Below, one piece after another: positions 1-10,013 of a DNA stretch of 60,705 bases; position 1 is the first letter of the stretch; every line of letters starts with the position of its first letter. The stretch is from positions 1 through 60,705 of the forward strand of contig JALOOJ010000003.1 in the NCBI GenBank assembly GCA_025454475.1, read 5' to 3'. This stretch comes from Anaerolineae bacterium (GTDB lineage: Bacteria; Chloroflexota; Anaerolineae; B4-G1; SLSP01). The notes under the pieces are model-generated. The model made no database searches. It was given only the letters and a program-made list of their open reading frames with translations, and had not been told where the DNA came from. The translations under genes and the position numbers were made by a program.

Positions 1-46
1 GTGGAATAGACCCAAAGAAGCGGACACAACACAAAGAGAAAGCAAA

Positions 47-481
47 ATGTTAAAAAGAGGTTCGATAGCTCTCTCAATCTGGAGCGGCACCAATTTCCTA
101 CTCGCCGCCTTGATTCTGACCACGCTCGTCATTTTCGAGGCGGACTCCCCACTGTTGATCATGGTATTTGAGAAGCCTGAAATCGCGGCGCTGGATGCCA
201 GGGTCATTGCCTCGCTCAACACGTTGACCATTCTGTACAACTCTTGCTCGGTTGTGGTCTCGGTGCTGGTGTGGACGGTGATTCGGAAAAACCTGGTCGC
301 CGGCCAAAAGTGGGCCTTCTGGTTGCTGGTGTTCGTGATCGGGTTCATTGAGGTGATGGCCTTCATCGCCTCCGCCCCCATCGGAAACGCACGCTGGCAG
401 GTAAATGTAGTTCAGAGCGTTCTATATGGCGTGGGCATTGGCCTGTCGGGTTATGCCCTGTTCATAGGAGACATGAAATGA
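47..481 (+). CDS. Hypothetical integral membrane protein (about 4 hydrophobic segments); frame is open to the window edge so the true start may lie upstream
   Basis: 144-aa ORF with alternating hydrophobic stretches; no stop codon in frame between positions 2 and 46. Confidence 0.6.
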   Translation: MLKRGSIALSIWSGTNFLLAALILTTLVIFEADSPLLIMVFEKPEIAALDARVIASLNTLTILYNSCSVVVSVLVWTVIRKNLVAGQKWAFWLLVFVIGFIEVMAFIASAPIGNARWQVNVVQSVLYGVGIGLSGYALFIGDMK

Positions 482-653
482 ACACAAACGGGTGCGCTTC
501 ACCTTTAGGGGGGAATCTGCGCCCAGGGACTTGGAACTCCACAGGCGGCATGAACGTCAAGATGGTGTGGCCATACAAGAGGCCGATGTGACAGAAGGTC
601 CAAGGACAGCAACAAGGTTTCTCATACGCAGTAACCACAAGGGAGTTCAATCG

Positions 654-1775
654 ATGAAAGGGAGAGTTGAGTTTGGCATAGTCTTGGTAGCGCTCTTCGC
701 TCTGCTGATCAGCGGCTGTAGTGCCACGGCGGCCGCATCCGGACATAATGGTGCGGCGACTGAGGTCACACAGGAGCAAGAGGACACAGCGGCCGGATTG
801 CCGAACCCCGCATCCGTCTTCTGCAACGAACAGGGCGGCACATTGGATATCCGCACAGATGACAGTGGCAGCACGGGGTTCTGCGTCTTCGAAGATGGCA
901 GTGAGTGCGAGGAGTGGGCTTTCTTCCGTGACGAATGCCAGCCCGGCTCTGCAGACGGCGCGGCCAAGCTGATCTTCGGTTGGTACGGCCTGGTCATCAC
1001 CCCGCCGGCGGGACAGCCCTTTGACTACTACCTGAGCCTGTATCCGAAGGAAGCTGGGAACGCCGGCCTGGCGCCGATGAGCAATGAGGTCGGACAGACT
1101 CTGACGACATTGCGAGACAGCGGACAGCTTGCGCACTTCTGGGGCGCCCTGGCCTGCGAAGGGCCTGACTTCAGCGGCTGCCGTGTCGAGGTAACGCGTG
1201 TGCGACCAGAGGGTCCCGGTGAGTTCTACGCCCCCGACCTCGTAGAGGGGTGGTCCGGCACTATCCAGAGCCTGCCGGATGGCGCACAGTATGATGATGT
1301 GTTCATTATGAGCGATGCGGTCTTCCCTGTTCGGTACGGCATCGATGCCAAGGACGAGACAATTGCCGCACAGCTTGGGGCACTTCGGGACACGGGGCGC
1401 AGCGTCTTGGTCTTCGGCGAGCTAAGCTGCGGCGTAATCGACGTGAATGGCTGCCAGATCCAGACCAGCCGAATCGAGGGGGCCGAAACGACCGCCCCGG
1501 TAGTACTCCCTGAGAGTACCTCTGTGGCGAGCGTCAACGACTGGGTCGGTCTGATCAAGAGCACGCCTGACGGTGCACAATTCGATGACTACTTCCAGAT
1601 GATGGATCAGAGCGGCACACGGGCCGGCATCTGGGCTGAGGGCGAGCTTGGGTCGCAGATCGAGGCGCTCCGCGACACCGGCACAGTCATCCACGTGTGG
1701 GGAACCATCCGCTACAATGTACCCGACGCCTACAACGCACAGATCACAGTGACGCGGATGGATGCTGGCGAGTAG
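654..1775 (+). CDS. Lipoprotein with DUF333 domain followed by three ~80-aa repeats
   Basis: GGGAG RBS at 641-645 before ATG 654; lipobox LISGC; DUF333-like LPNPASVFC..GG......GFC.FEDGSECEEWAFFR; three internal repeats with (G/D)WxG...LRD(S/T)G...(W/F)G. Confidence 0.75.
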   Translation: MKGRVEFGIVLVALFALLISGCSATAAASGHNGAATEVTQEQEDTAAGLPNPASVFCNEQGGTLDIRTDDSGSTGFCVFEDGSECEEWAFFRDECQPGSADGAAKLIFGWYGLVITPPAGQPFDYYLSLYPKEAGNAGLAPMSNEVGQTLTTLRDSGQLAHFWGALACEGPDFSGCRVEVTRVRPEGPGEFYAPDLVEGWSGTIQSLPDGAQYDDVFIMSDAVFPVRYGIDAKDETIAAQLGALRDTGRSVLVFGELSCGVIDVNGCQIQTSRIEGAETTAPVVLPESTSVASVNDWVGLIKSTPDGAQFDDYFQMMDQSGTRAGIWAEGELGSQIEALRDTGTVIHVWGTIRYNVPDAYNAQITVTRMDAGE

Positions 1776-1877
1776 GTGATTGCGTTAGGAGCCAGGGGAC
1801 GATGCCCTGCGGCATCGCCCCCTGTGCTCAGGTCTTCCAGCCCTGCCGGCCCATCAGGTTGGCTATGAGCGCCGATC

Positions 1878-2738
1878 CTAGATGATCGACTCGTGGGGAT
1901 GTTTCTCGTCCAGCTTGGCCAGCCCATAGGAGCAGGCTGCACCAAAGGCAAAGAGCAACGCACAGACAGCAATCACCCATCCTGTTACGCCGCTTGGGAT
2001 AATGGCCAACGTTGAGCCCACAACAATGCCAAGGATGAGGTGATACATCAGAGCGTGGAACTTCCTGAATAGCCATGAGACCAACTTGGCAAAGGCAAAG
2101 ACACAGAGAGCCCCGCCAAGCATGAGTGGGATGATCACCCCGAAATCCAGATGGCGAATCCCGCTGGCCATAGGTTGATAGAGCCCCAGATAGATCAGGA
2201 AGTTGGAGGGGCTCATTCCCGGCACAACAACACCCAGACCAATCAACGCACCACTCAACAGCCAGTTGGCGAAGCCAGCCGTCAAAGCGATACTGTTGGC
2301 CGTCTCCATCCAACGCATAAACAGCAGCGTGCCGGCGGCGGCAACGATCAGGACGAGCCAATGGTAGGCTCTTCTCCCCTGGTTTCCGGCGGTCCTGAAG
2401 AGTGAGGGAAAGGTGCCGAAGATGAACCCGACAAACAGCCAGGTGAACTGCGCCGCATAGTTGGTGAAAGCGAAGTCGACAACGGCGGAGAAAGCTACGA
2501 CGCCCAGGACGCCACCAATCCCGACGGGGATGAAATAGAGCAGGTTCTTGAGAAACTCCTCCCTAAGATTAGCAAGGAACCGTATCAGGGGTTCGTACAA
2601 TCCGAAAACCACGGCAAGAACGCCGCCTGATAGCCCGGGAACAATGAACCCGATGCCGACCATGACACCCTTGATAAGACGAATAAGCCAATCGCCTAGC
2701 GTACCCTTGTTCCCGAGTGCCGTGTCCGTCGCTGCCAT
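1878..2738 (-). CDS. DUF368 family inner-membrane protein
   Basis: Signature KGVMVGIGFIVPGLSGG and second repeat VVPGMSPS; multiple TM segments; AAGGAG RBS upstream of ATG 2738. Confidence 0.8.
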   Translation of the reverse strand: MAATDTALGNKGTLGDWLIRLIKGVMVGIGFIVPGLSGGVLAVVFGLYEPLIRFLANLREEFLKNLLYFIPVGIGGVLGVVAFSAVVDFAFTNYAAQFTWLFVGFIFGTFPSLFRTAGNQGRRAYHWLVLIVAAAGTLLFMRWMETANSIALTAGFANWLLSGALIGLGVVVPGMSPSNFLIYLGLYQPMASGIRHLDFGVIIPLMLGGALCVFAFAKLVSWLFRKFHALMYHLILGIVVGSTLAIIPSGVTGWVIAVCALLFAFGAACSYGLAKLDEKHPHESII

Positions 2739-2772
2739 TGAAATGCTATGCTCCTTCGTGTGTCGGGCTAGC

Positions 2773-2802
2773 AAAAAGACCAGAGCCGCTGGGCCCTGGT
2801 CT
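2773..2802 (-). terminator. Intrinsic terminator downstream of tRNA-Met
   Basis: Minus-strand hairpin AGACCAGGGCC-CAGC-GGCTCTGGTCT followed by a U run. Confidence 0.75.
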
Positions 2803-2810
2803 CTTCGTAG

Positions 2811-2882
2811 TAGCGGGGGGTGGATTCGAACCACCGACCTCCGGGTTATGAGCCCGACGAGCTGCCACTGCTCTACCCCGCA
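2811..2882 (-). tRNA. tRNA-fMet (initiator, anticodon CAT), CCA not encoded
   Basis: Cloverleaf folded by hand: T-arm GGTGG-TTCGAAT-CCACC, anticodon arm TCGGG-CTCATAA-CCCGG with three consecutive G-C pairs, A11-U24, unpaired 1:72. Confidence 0.95.
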
Positions 2883-3078
2883 TCGTTACGACACGGAGTA
2901 TACCAGGCTTGGTGAAGAAGTCAAGGCCAATTCCACTTCAGGTGAATGCTATGTTGTCGATCACCACTTCGGGGGTACACTTCGCATCAGCGTCATCAGC
3001 CACCCTCTTTGAGATAGGCTTCGGGCTTGCCTGTGCGGCACATCGGGGCCTCAGAGTTCAGTGACAAGGAGTGATAGT

Positions 3079-6000
3079 ATGAAGCGCAGAACATCGCTGC
3101 TCATGCAGATCCTTCCGGTCGTAGTGCTGTTTGTGACCCTCTCCTGTCGATCCGGAGCTTCACCAACGCCGGTCCCGACGACAACTCCCAAGCCACCGAC
3201 CCCTGTGCCATACCCACCCTTGCCCGCCCCCAAGCTCATCTACCGTACCCCTGCGCCTTACGAGCCCCAGGCGCTTGGCGAGCCAGTTGAGTTGGTCTTC
3301 GACCAGCCCATGGACCAACAGAGCGTTATCAGAGCCTTCGAGATCGAGCCCCGGGTCGGGGGTGAGCTCGCGTGGGGCGACGCCCGCACGTTGCGCTTTG
3401 TGCCCGCTACAGCGTTTGACCGGGGCGCGTCGTACCAGGTGACGATTAGGGAAGCGGCCCGGAATGCCGAAGGAGAAGCGCTCCTCGAGCCAGTCGCCTT
3501 CGAGTTCCAGACCGTGGGTTTCATCGAGATCACTGAGGTGCAGCCTATCCCCGACAGCGAGGACGTCGACGCCGACACGGCGATCACCATCATCTTCAGC
3601 CGCCCGGTGGTGCCGCTCACGTCCGTCGATCGCCAGAATGAGCTCCCGGTTCCGCTGACGCTTGACCCGCCCGTCGCCGGCAAGGGCGAGTGGCTCAACA
3701 CCACGATCTACCGCTTCTACCCCGAGCAAGGCCTGGCCCCAGCAACGACCTACACCGCCCGCATCCCGGCCGGGCTTGAGGATACCCAAGGGGCCGTTCT
3801 TGTGGAACCTTATACATGGATCTTCTCGACGATCCGACCAATGCCCACGATCTGGTCACCTCCCAGCAATGCTCAGCATATCGGCCCAAGTGAGGTGATC
3901 AGTATTACCTTCAACCAGCCGATGGATCACGCATCGACCGAGGCGGCGTTCAGGCTCACCGTCGATGGGCAACCGGTCAACGGAGCGATCCGCTGGACTG
4001 GGGGCAGAACCCCCATAGACGACGAGACGCTGTTGTTCACACCCGCGCAGCCGCTGGCGCGTAATGCCAGCGCCGATGTGTCGCTGGCCGTCTCGGCGAA
4101 GGCGCATGATAGCCGGATCACGCTTTCGGAGGACACCACCTGGGGCTTCTGGACCGTGCGGGACCCCGCCGTCGTCAGCACCGTCCCCCTTGATGGCGAA
4201 CGAGGCGTCGATCCCCTGAACGGAGTTGAGATCACGTTTGCCAGCCCGATGCGAACAGCCGCGTTCCTGGACTACCTGACCATCGTTCCGAATCCCACAG
4301 AGGTCTACTCCGACTGGCGCGAGTCGGACACAGTGCTGCACCTCTCTTTCCCTAAGGAGGCGGCAACCCGCTACCGGATCACGCTGGACGCCAATGCGCC
4401 GGATCGGTATGGCGGTACGCTGAACGCACCGCTGTCACTCGCCTTCACCACAGGTGACCTTTCCCCATTTGCCTCGCTCAACGCGCCGGGCTCGATCGGG
4501 ACCTTCGACGCTTACACCGACACCGTCATATACGCCCGGCACCGGAACATCACCCGGCTCGATGTCGCGCTGTACCGCCTCTCGCTTGACACGTTTATGC
4601 GGCTGCACGGCTATGGCAGCTGGGACTATCGCAGCCGGTTCCGTCCGTTAGCCACGGATCTCGTGCGGCAGTGGTCAGTGTATCCGGACGCGCCGCGCAA
4701 CACGTCAGCGCTGCGGGGCATCGATATCGTCGATGCGCAGGGAGCGCAGCTTCCACCGGGGATCTACTACCTGGAGCTGAGTGCGCCTGAAGTGATTGCC
4801 CGCTCCGACGATGCCCGGCCCGAGGGGTTCACATTGGTGCGCAGCGCCACCAACCTGGTGCTCAAGCAGGCGCTCACCGAATCTCTGGTCTGGGCGACTG
4901 ACCTGGCAAGCGGCGAGCCTCTGCAGGGTCAGCCGGTCCGCCTCTACAGAGAGGGCAGGCCTGAAGGCCGAGGTGGCACAACCGACGGCAACGGGCTCTG
5001 GCTGGCGGAGGGACTCACAGACGTCGACCAGTGGGACGACCTATTTGTGGTGCTGGGGGAGCCCGGCGACTCGGCCTTCGCCGTTGCTTACAACAACTGG
5101 GACAGCGGCATCAGTCCTTGGGACTTCGAGCTCAACAGTGAGTATGGTGCGAGCCGAACCATCGGCTACCTCTATACGGATCGGCCGATTTATCGTCCCG
5201 GTCAGACGGTCTACTTCAAGGGAATCGTGCGCCAGGATGACGACGCCGACTACACAATCCCAATGGCGATTCGGACGCTAGAGGTCTCGGTAAGCGATCC
5301 CCAGGGGCGAGATCTCTACCGTGAAACGCTTCCGGTCAGCGATATGGGCACGCTCCACGGCGAACTGCTGCTGGGGGAGGAAGCCCCCCTCGGCAGCTAC
5401 TACATTCAGGTTCAGGATGAGGCCGCGGAGTTCTTCTCAGGCACTAGCTTCCGTGTTGCGGAATACCGCAAGCCTGAGTTCGAGGTAACCGTCGAGACCG
5501 ACAAGGCTGCCTATCTGCACGGCGACGCCATCAGGGTGACCGTCCAGGCGAATTACTACTTTGGGGGACCGGTTGCCAATGCGGCCCTGACCTGGAACGC
5601 CCTGAGCGCGCCCTATACTTTCCAATTCCAATGTCCAGAGGGTACGTCGTGCCCGAGCTATAGTTGGTGGGATTACGACGATGGCGAGAACTATGGAGAG
5701 TATTACGGCAGCTATGGCAGGTTGGTCGCCAACGGCGCTACGACGACGGACGCACAGGGCCGTGCGACCTTCCGCGTGTCTGCCGACATCGTCGAAGAGA
5801 TCAGCAGCCGCAGCTTCACCATCGAGGCCAGTATCGCCGACATCAATGGCCAGGAGGTGAGCCAGCGGACAACTGCAACAGTCCACCGGGGCGATTTCTA
5901 CATCGGGATGACCTCGGAGCGCCGCGTGGCGCAGGCCGGCGAGGCGCAACGTCTTGGGGTCTTGACCGTCGACTGGAACAGCGAGCCCGTGGGTAGTATG

Positions 6001-9000
6001 GGTCTGGACGTTGTCGTCATGGAACGCCATTGGCTGAGCGTCCGCGAGGAGTCGGAGGGCGGCTATGCCTATTGGACATGGACGACTGAGGACGTTCCGG
6101 TGTATACCACGACGACGACGACCGATCGGACCGGAAGGGCCTGGATCTCGTTCACGCCCGAGAAGTCCGGCACCTACCGGGTGCGGGCCTCGGGCAAGGA
6201 TAGTGCCGGAAACGAAGTCCGCAGCAGCACCTACCTGTGGGTCTGGGGGGGAGGCGACGTCGTATGGCGACGCGAGAGCACCAACCGCATCGACCTGGTC
6301 GCGGACCGCGATCTCTACCAGATCGGCGATGTAGCCGAGATCCTCATCCCGTCGCCGTACAGCGGAACCGTGCAAGCGCTGATCACGATTGAGCGAGGCC
6401 GCATCCTGAAGACTGAGGTGCGCGAGCTTCAGGGCGCGACCGAGATCCTGCGCATCCCAATCGTCGAGGACTATGCGCCCAATATCTTTGTCTCCGTCAT
6501 CCTGATGCAGGGTTCAGCCCAGACTCCCGAACGCCTGGCGACATTCAAGATGGGCGAGGTGATGTTGCCGGTATCGACCGAGACAAGGGCACTCCAAGTC
6601 AGGCTCACGCCCGACCGCGCGTTGCAGTCCGGCGAGACCTATCGCCCCCGCGGAACGGCCACGTATGACATACGCGTCACCGATAGCGCGGGACGGCCCG
6701 TCGTTGCCGAGCTGTCGTTGCGCCTGGCTGACCTTGCGGTGCTGGCCCTGGCGGATGACACCGGCCCCACTCTGATGGAGCGCTTCTGGAGCCAGCGCGG
6801 TCTCGGGGTACGGACCAGCACACCTCTCGCGGTGGCGATGGAGATCTACAACCGCGAGCTGACGCCGGGTATCAAGGGCGGAGGTGGGGGCGGAGAGGAC
6901 GACCTGGGCTTCGTCCGCACCCGCTTCGCCGACACCGCGTTCTGGGCCGCCGTCGTAAAGACCGACGCCGAAGGACGCGCCCGCGTCGACGTCGACTTGC
7001 CCGACAACCTGACCACCTGGCGCATGCAGGCCCGCGCAATCACGGCGGACACATTGGTGGGTCAGAGTGACGTCGACATCCAGACCACGCTGGACCTGCT
7101 TGTCCGTCCGGTTCTTCCGCGCTTCTTCGTCGTCGGCGACCGGGCCGAGATCGCGACGATCGTGCACAATAACACCGCCAACGCAGCTATGACCGATGTG
7201 TCGATCGCGGTCGAAGGGCTGTCCGTGGATGGAGAGACGCAGCAGAGCGTCAACATTCCCGCCGGCGAGGACGCCAAGGTGACCTGGCCGGTCAAGGCAC
7301 TGGCGGGAGACCACGTGACGGTTCGTATGGAGGCGCGCGCGGGGTCGCTCTTTGACGGCAGGGAGGACTCACTCCCGCTCTACGCTTACGCCACGCCCGA
7401 GAGTATGGCAACGGCGGGCCGGCTCTCCGGGCCCGAGCTGCGACAGGAGGTCGTACAACTGCCCTACGACTTTGACCCCACCCAGGGCGAGCTCACCGTG
7501 CAACTCGACGGCTCGCTCACGGCGGCGGCTCAGGGCGCGCTCGACTACCTTGAGCACTATCCCTATGAATGTGTCGAGCAGACCGTCAGCCGTTTCTTAC
7601 CCAATGTGCTGTCTTACCAGGCACTCGTGGAGATGGGCCTGCCCCGTCCCGAACTACAGCGCAGCCTCACGGCGCAGGTGAGCGTGGCGCTGCAGCGCCT
7701 CTACAACGAGCAGCATTACGATGGCGGTTGGGGCTGGTGGGTCTCAGACACGAGCGATGCCTACCTGACAGCCTATGTGCTGCAAGGGCTGGTGGAGGCC
7801 TACCGCGCCGGATTCACCGTCGACACGGATGTGGTCGACCGCGCCGTTGCCTATCTGCGCGAGGCCCTGCCGTCCATCACACGCGATTCGCCACAGTCCG
7901 AGGCCAACCGGCTCGCCTATGAGCTCTACGTGCTCGGCGAAGCCATCGCCCTCATCCCGAGCGTCGAACCGGCAGGAGAGCTTGGTCGCGCCACGGCGCT
8001 CTTCCGGCAACGCGATCAGCTGGGCTCCTATGGGAAGGCATTGCTTGCCTCAGCCTTCGGACTGCTCGAGCCGCAGGAAGATAGCCGTGTGTCCACTTTG
8101 CTGTCCGATCTTTCTGGAGATGCCGTCCGGAGTGCGACAGGGACCCACTGGGAAGAGGCCGAGCCCGACTACCGGAACATGACCACCGATGTCCGCACGA
8201 CAGCAATCGTCCTGTGGGCGCTGGCGCGTCATATACCCGAGAGCGAAAGCCTGCCCGGCGCTGTCCGCTGGCTGATGGATATGCGGAAAGAGGGTCACTG
8301 GGAGTCGACACATACCACATCGTGGTCACTGGTGGCGCTTGTGGCTTATATGCGCGCGACGGGTGAGCTCCATGGAGAATACGGCTACACAGTATCGCTC
8401 AACGGCGAACAGCTACTATCGGGAGATGTGGACGCGGAGACGATCGACGAGACCCGGCAGGTTCAGGTCGAGATCGCGGACCTGCTTGTAGACCAGGCCA
8501 ACAGACTCATCATCGAGCGCCAGGCGCCCGCGGGGGACCAGACCGGCGAGGGTCAACTGTACTACACGGCTAACCTCCGGTACTTCGTGCCGGTGGAGAC
8601 TGTCCGCGCGATCGATCGTGGCATCGTCGTCGCTCGCCAGTACAGTCTGGTGGATACGCCGGACGCTGCCGTGAGCCAGGCAGCGGTCGGTGACGTGATC
8701 CGCGTCAAAGTTACCGTCATTGCGCCCACCGACCTCTATTATGTGACCGTGGAGGATCCGCTACCCGCCGGGTGCGAGGCCGTGGACGTGACGCTCAACA
8801 CGACCAGTATCGTGGGAGAGGCGCCTATGGTCCAGAACCTCACGGCCCAGGAGGCAGATGTCTGGACTCGATGGTATGGGTGGGGCTGGTGGTGGTTCTC
8901 GCACACCGAGATGCGGGACGAGAAGGTAACTCTCTTCTCCACATACCTGCCGCGCGGGACGTACGAGTACACCTACGTGATGCGCGCGAGTGTTCCCGGC

Positions 9001-9096
9001 GCCTACAAGGTTATGCCTGCGACGGCCTATGAAATGTACTACCCCGACGTGTTCGGGCGCAGCGATGGAGGGCAGTTCATCGTTCTGGGGGAGTAG
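3079..9096 (+). CDS. Bacterial alpha-2-macroglobulin family lipoprotein with N-terminal Ig-like repeats
   Basis: AAGGAG RBS; lipobox VTLSC; repeated Ig-like units (FDQPMD, FSRPV, FNQPMD, FASPM); MG2 motif YTDRPIYRPGQTVYFKG; EYRKPEF; Gly-rich bait-like segment KGGGGGGED; LPDNLTTWR; thioester motif YPYECVEQ (7570-7581). Confidence 0.93.
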   Translation: MKRRTSLLMQILPVVVLFVTLSCRSGASPTPVPTTTPKPPTPVPYPPLPAPKLIYRTPAPYEPQALGEPVELVFDQPMDQQSVIRAFEIEPRVGGELAWGDARTLRFVPATAFDRGASYQVTIREAARNAEGEALLEPVAFEFQTVGFIEITEVQPIPDSEDVDADTAITIIFSRPVVPLTSVDRQNELPVPLTLDPPVAGKGEWLNTTIYRFYPEQGLAPATTYTARIPAGLEDTQGAVLVEPYTWIFSTIRPMPTIWSPPSNAQHIGPSEVISITFNQPMDHASTEAAFRLTVDGQPVNGAIRWTGGRTPIDDETLLFTPAQPLARNASADVSLAVSAKAHDSRITLSEDTTWGFWTVRDPAVVSTVPLDGERGVDPLNGVEITFASPMRTAAFLDYLTIVPNPTEVYSDWRESDTVLHLSFPKEAATRYRITLDANAPDRYGGTLNAPLSLAFTTGDLSPFASLNAPGSIGTFDAYTDTVIYARHRNITRLDVALYRLSLDTFMRLHGYGSWDYRSRFRPLATDLVRQWSVYPDAPRNTSALRGIDIVDAQGAQLPPGIYYLELSAPEVIARSDDARPEGFTLVRSATNLVLKQALTESLVWATDLASGEPLQGQPVRLYREGRPEGRGGTTDGNGLWLAEGLTDVDQWDDLFVVLGEPGDSAFAVAYNNWDSGISPWDFELNSEYGASRTIGYLYTDRPIYRPGQTVYFKGIVRQDDDADYTIPMAIRTLEVSVSDPQGRDLYRETLPVSDMGTLHGELLLGEEAPLGSYYIQVQDEAAEFFSGTSFRVAEYRKPEFEVTVETDKAAYLHGDAIRVTVQANYYFGGPVANAALTWNALSAPYTFQFQCPEGTSCPSYSWWDYDDGENYGEYYGSYGRLVANGATTTDAQGRATFRVSADIVEEISSRSFTIEASIADINGQEVSQRTTATVHRGDFYIGMTSERRVAQAGEAQRLGVLTVDWNSEPVGSMGLDVVVMERHWLSVREESEGGYAYWTWTTEDVPVYTTTTTTDRTGRAWISFTPEKSGTYRVRASGKDSAGNEVRSSTYLWVWGGGDVVWRRESTNRIDLVADRDLYQIGDVAEILIPSPYSGTVQALITIERGRILKTEVRELQGATEILRIPIVEDYAPNIFVSVILMQGSAQTPERLATFKMGEVMLPVSTETRALQVRLTPDRALQSGETYRPRGTATYDIRVTDSAGRPVVAELSLRLADLAVLALADDTGPTLMERFWSQRGLGVRTSTPLAVAMEIYNRELTPGIKGGGGGGEDDLGFVRTRFADTAFWAAVVKTDAEGRARVDVDLPDNLTTWRMQARAITADTLVGQSDVDIQTTLDLLVRPVLPRFFVVGDRAEIATIVHNNTANAAMTDVSIAVEGLSVDGETQQSVNIPAGEDAKVTWPVKALAGDHVTVRMEARAGSLFDGREDSLPLYAYATPESMATAGRLSGPELRQEVVQLPYDFDPTQGELTVQLDGSLTAAAQGALDYLEHYPYECVEQTVSRFLPNVLSYQALVEMGLPRPELQRSLTAQVSVALQRLYNEQHYDGGWGWWVSDTSDAYLTAYVLQGLVEAYRAGFTVDTDVVDRAVAYLREALPSITRDSPQSEANRLAYELYVLGEAIALIPSVEPAGELGRATALFRQRDQLGSYGKALLASAFGLLEPQEDSRVSTLLSDLSGDAVRSATGTHWEEAEPDYRNMTTDVRTTAIVLWALARHIPESESLPGAVRWLMDMRKEGHWESTHTTSWSLVALVAYMRATGELHGEYGYTVSLNGEQLLSGDVDAETIDETRQVQVEIADLLVDQANRLIIERQAPAGDQTGEGQLYYTANLRYFVPVETVRAIDRGIVVARQYSLVDTPDAAVSQAAVGDVIRVKVTVIAPTDLYYVTVEDPLPAGCEAVDVTLNTTSIVGEAPMVQNLTAQEADVWTRWYGWGWWWFSHTEMRDEKVTLFSTYLPRGTYEYTYVMRASVPGAYKVMPATAYEMYYPDVFGRSDGGQFIVLGE

Positions 9097-9118
9097 ATAC
9101 GATCATCGAGGAGGTGCT

Positions 9119-9988
9119 ATGGCGCAGCTGGGCCTACCTCAGCCCGAGATCAAGGTTGATGCATTCGCGCCTGCCGAAATGGCGGCAAGAGCCGAAGCCG
9201 CAGGTGTGAAGAGGACCACAGCCAGGGCGGCACAGCTCTTCGCCAAGGCGATCCTTGCCGGCGCCTTCATCAGCCTAGGCGGCATCTACAGCACCGTCGT
9301 TTTGGCTGGGACCAGCGCCTTGCCCTACGGCGTGCAGCGCCTGCTTGGCGGCTTGGTTTTCTGCCTGGGGCTCATTCTTGTCGTCGTAGGCGGCGCGGAA
9401 CTCTTCACCGGCAATGCCCTCATCGTCATGGCATGGGCGACCAGGAAGATCACGACGGCGCAGGTTCTGCGCAACTGGGCCATCGTCTACCTGGGGAACT
9501 TCGCGGGCTCCCTGGGAACGGCAGGGGTGATGTTCCTGAGCGAGCAGTACACCTTCGGCGGCGGCGCAGTAGGGCTCACCGCGCTGAGCATCGGCAACGG
9601 CAAATGCGCTCTGGGGTTCGTCGCCGCCGTGGCCCTGGGAATCATGTGCAATCTTCTGGTCTGTCTGGCTGTGTGGCTCTGCTTCTCGGCGCGGAGCACT
9701 ACGGATAAGATCCTGGCCGTCCTCTTCCCAATCTCCGCCTTCGTGGCTGCCGGGTTCGAGCACAGTGTCGCCAACATGTACTTCATCCCAGTCGCGTTGT
9801 TTATTAAGTCGGGCGCGGCGGATGACTTCTGGACCGCAATAGGCAAGAACGCGGGCGACTTCTCCACCCTAACCTGGGGCAACCTTTTTCTCAGAAACCT
9901 ATTGCCCGTCACCCTCGGCAACATCATTGGCGGCGCGCTGCTGGTGGGCGGCGCCTACTGGTTCATATACCTGCGAAAACAAGCCTGA
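9119..9988 (+). CDS. Formate/nitrite transporter (FNT) family channel
   Basis: GAGG RBS; motifs ELFTGN, GIMCNLLVCLAVW, GFEHSVANM, TLGNIIGG. Confidence 0.93.
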   Translation: MAQLGLPQPEIKVDAFAPAEMAARAEAAGVKRTTARAAQLFAKAILAGAFISLGGIYSTVVLAGTSALPYGVQRLLGGLVFCLGLILVVVGGAELFTGNALIVMAWATRKITTAQVLRNWAIVYLGNFAGSLGTAGVMFLSEQYTFGGGAVGLTALSIGNGKCALGFVAAVALGIMCNLLVCLAVWLCFSARSTTDKILAVLFPISAFVAAGFEHSVANMYFIPVALFIKSGAADDFWTAIGKNAGDFSTLTWGNLFLRNLLPVTLGNIIGGALLVGGAYWFIYLRKQA

Positions 9989-10013
9989 TAGCGAGCCGCA
10001 GCGCTTGGGGTGG

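Noticed and set aside
1-481. Lower GC at window start as a possible island edge
   Set aside because: Too little flanking sequence and no mobility gene or att site visible.
631-645. Exact 15-mer GTAACCACAAGGGAG also at 44625-44639, both just before start codons
   Set aside because: About one or more 15-mer repeats are expected by chance in 60 kb, and part of the match is the Shine-Dalgarno sequence.
482-653. Structured leader or riboswitch upstream of the DUF333 lipoprotein
   Set aside because: Only a GGGGGGAATC fragment loosely recalls c-di-AMP riboswitches; the other conserved elements were not found.
2739-2834. N-terminal extension of the DUF368 ORF in the ORF track
   Set aside because: Overlaps the tRNA and its terminator; a good RBS supports ATG 2738.
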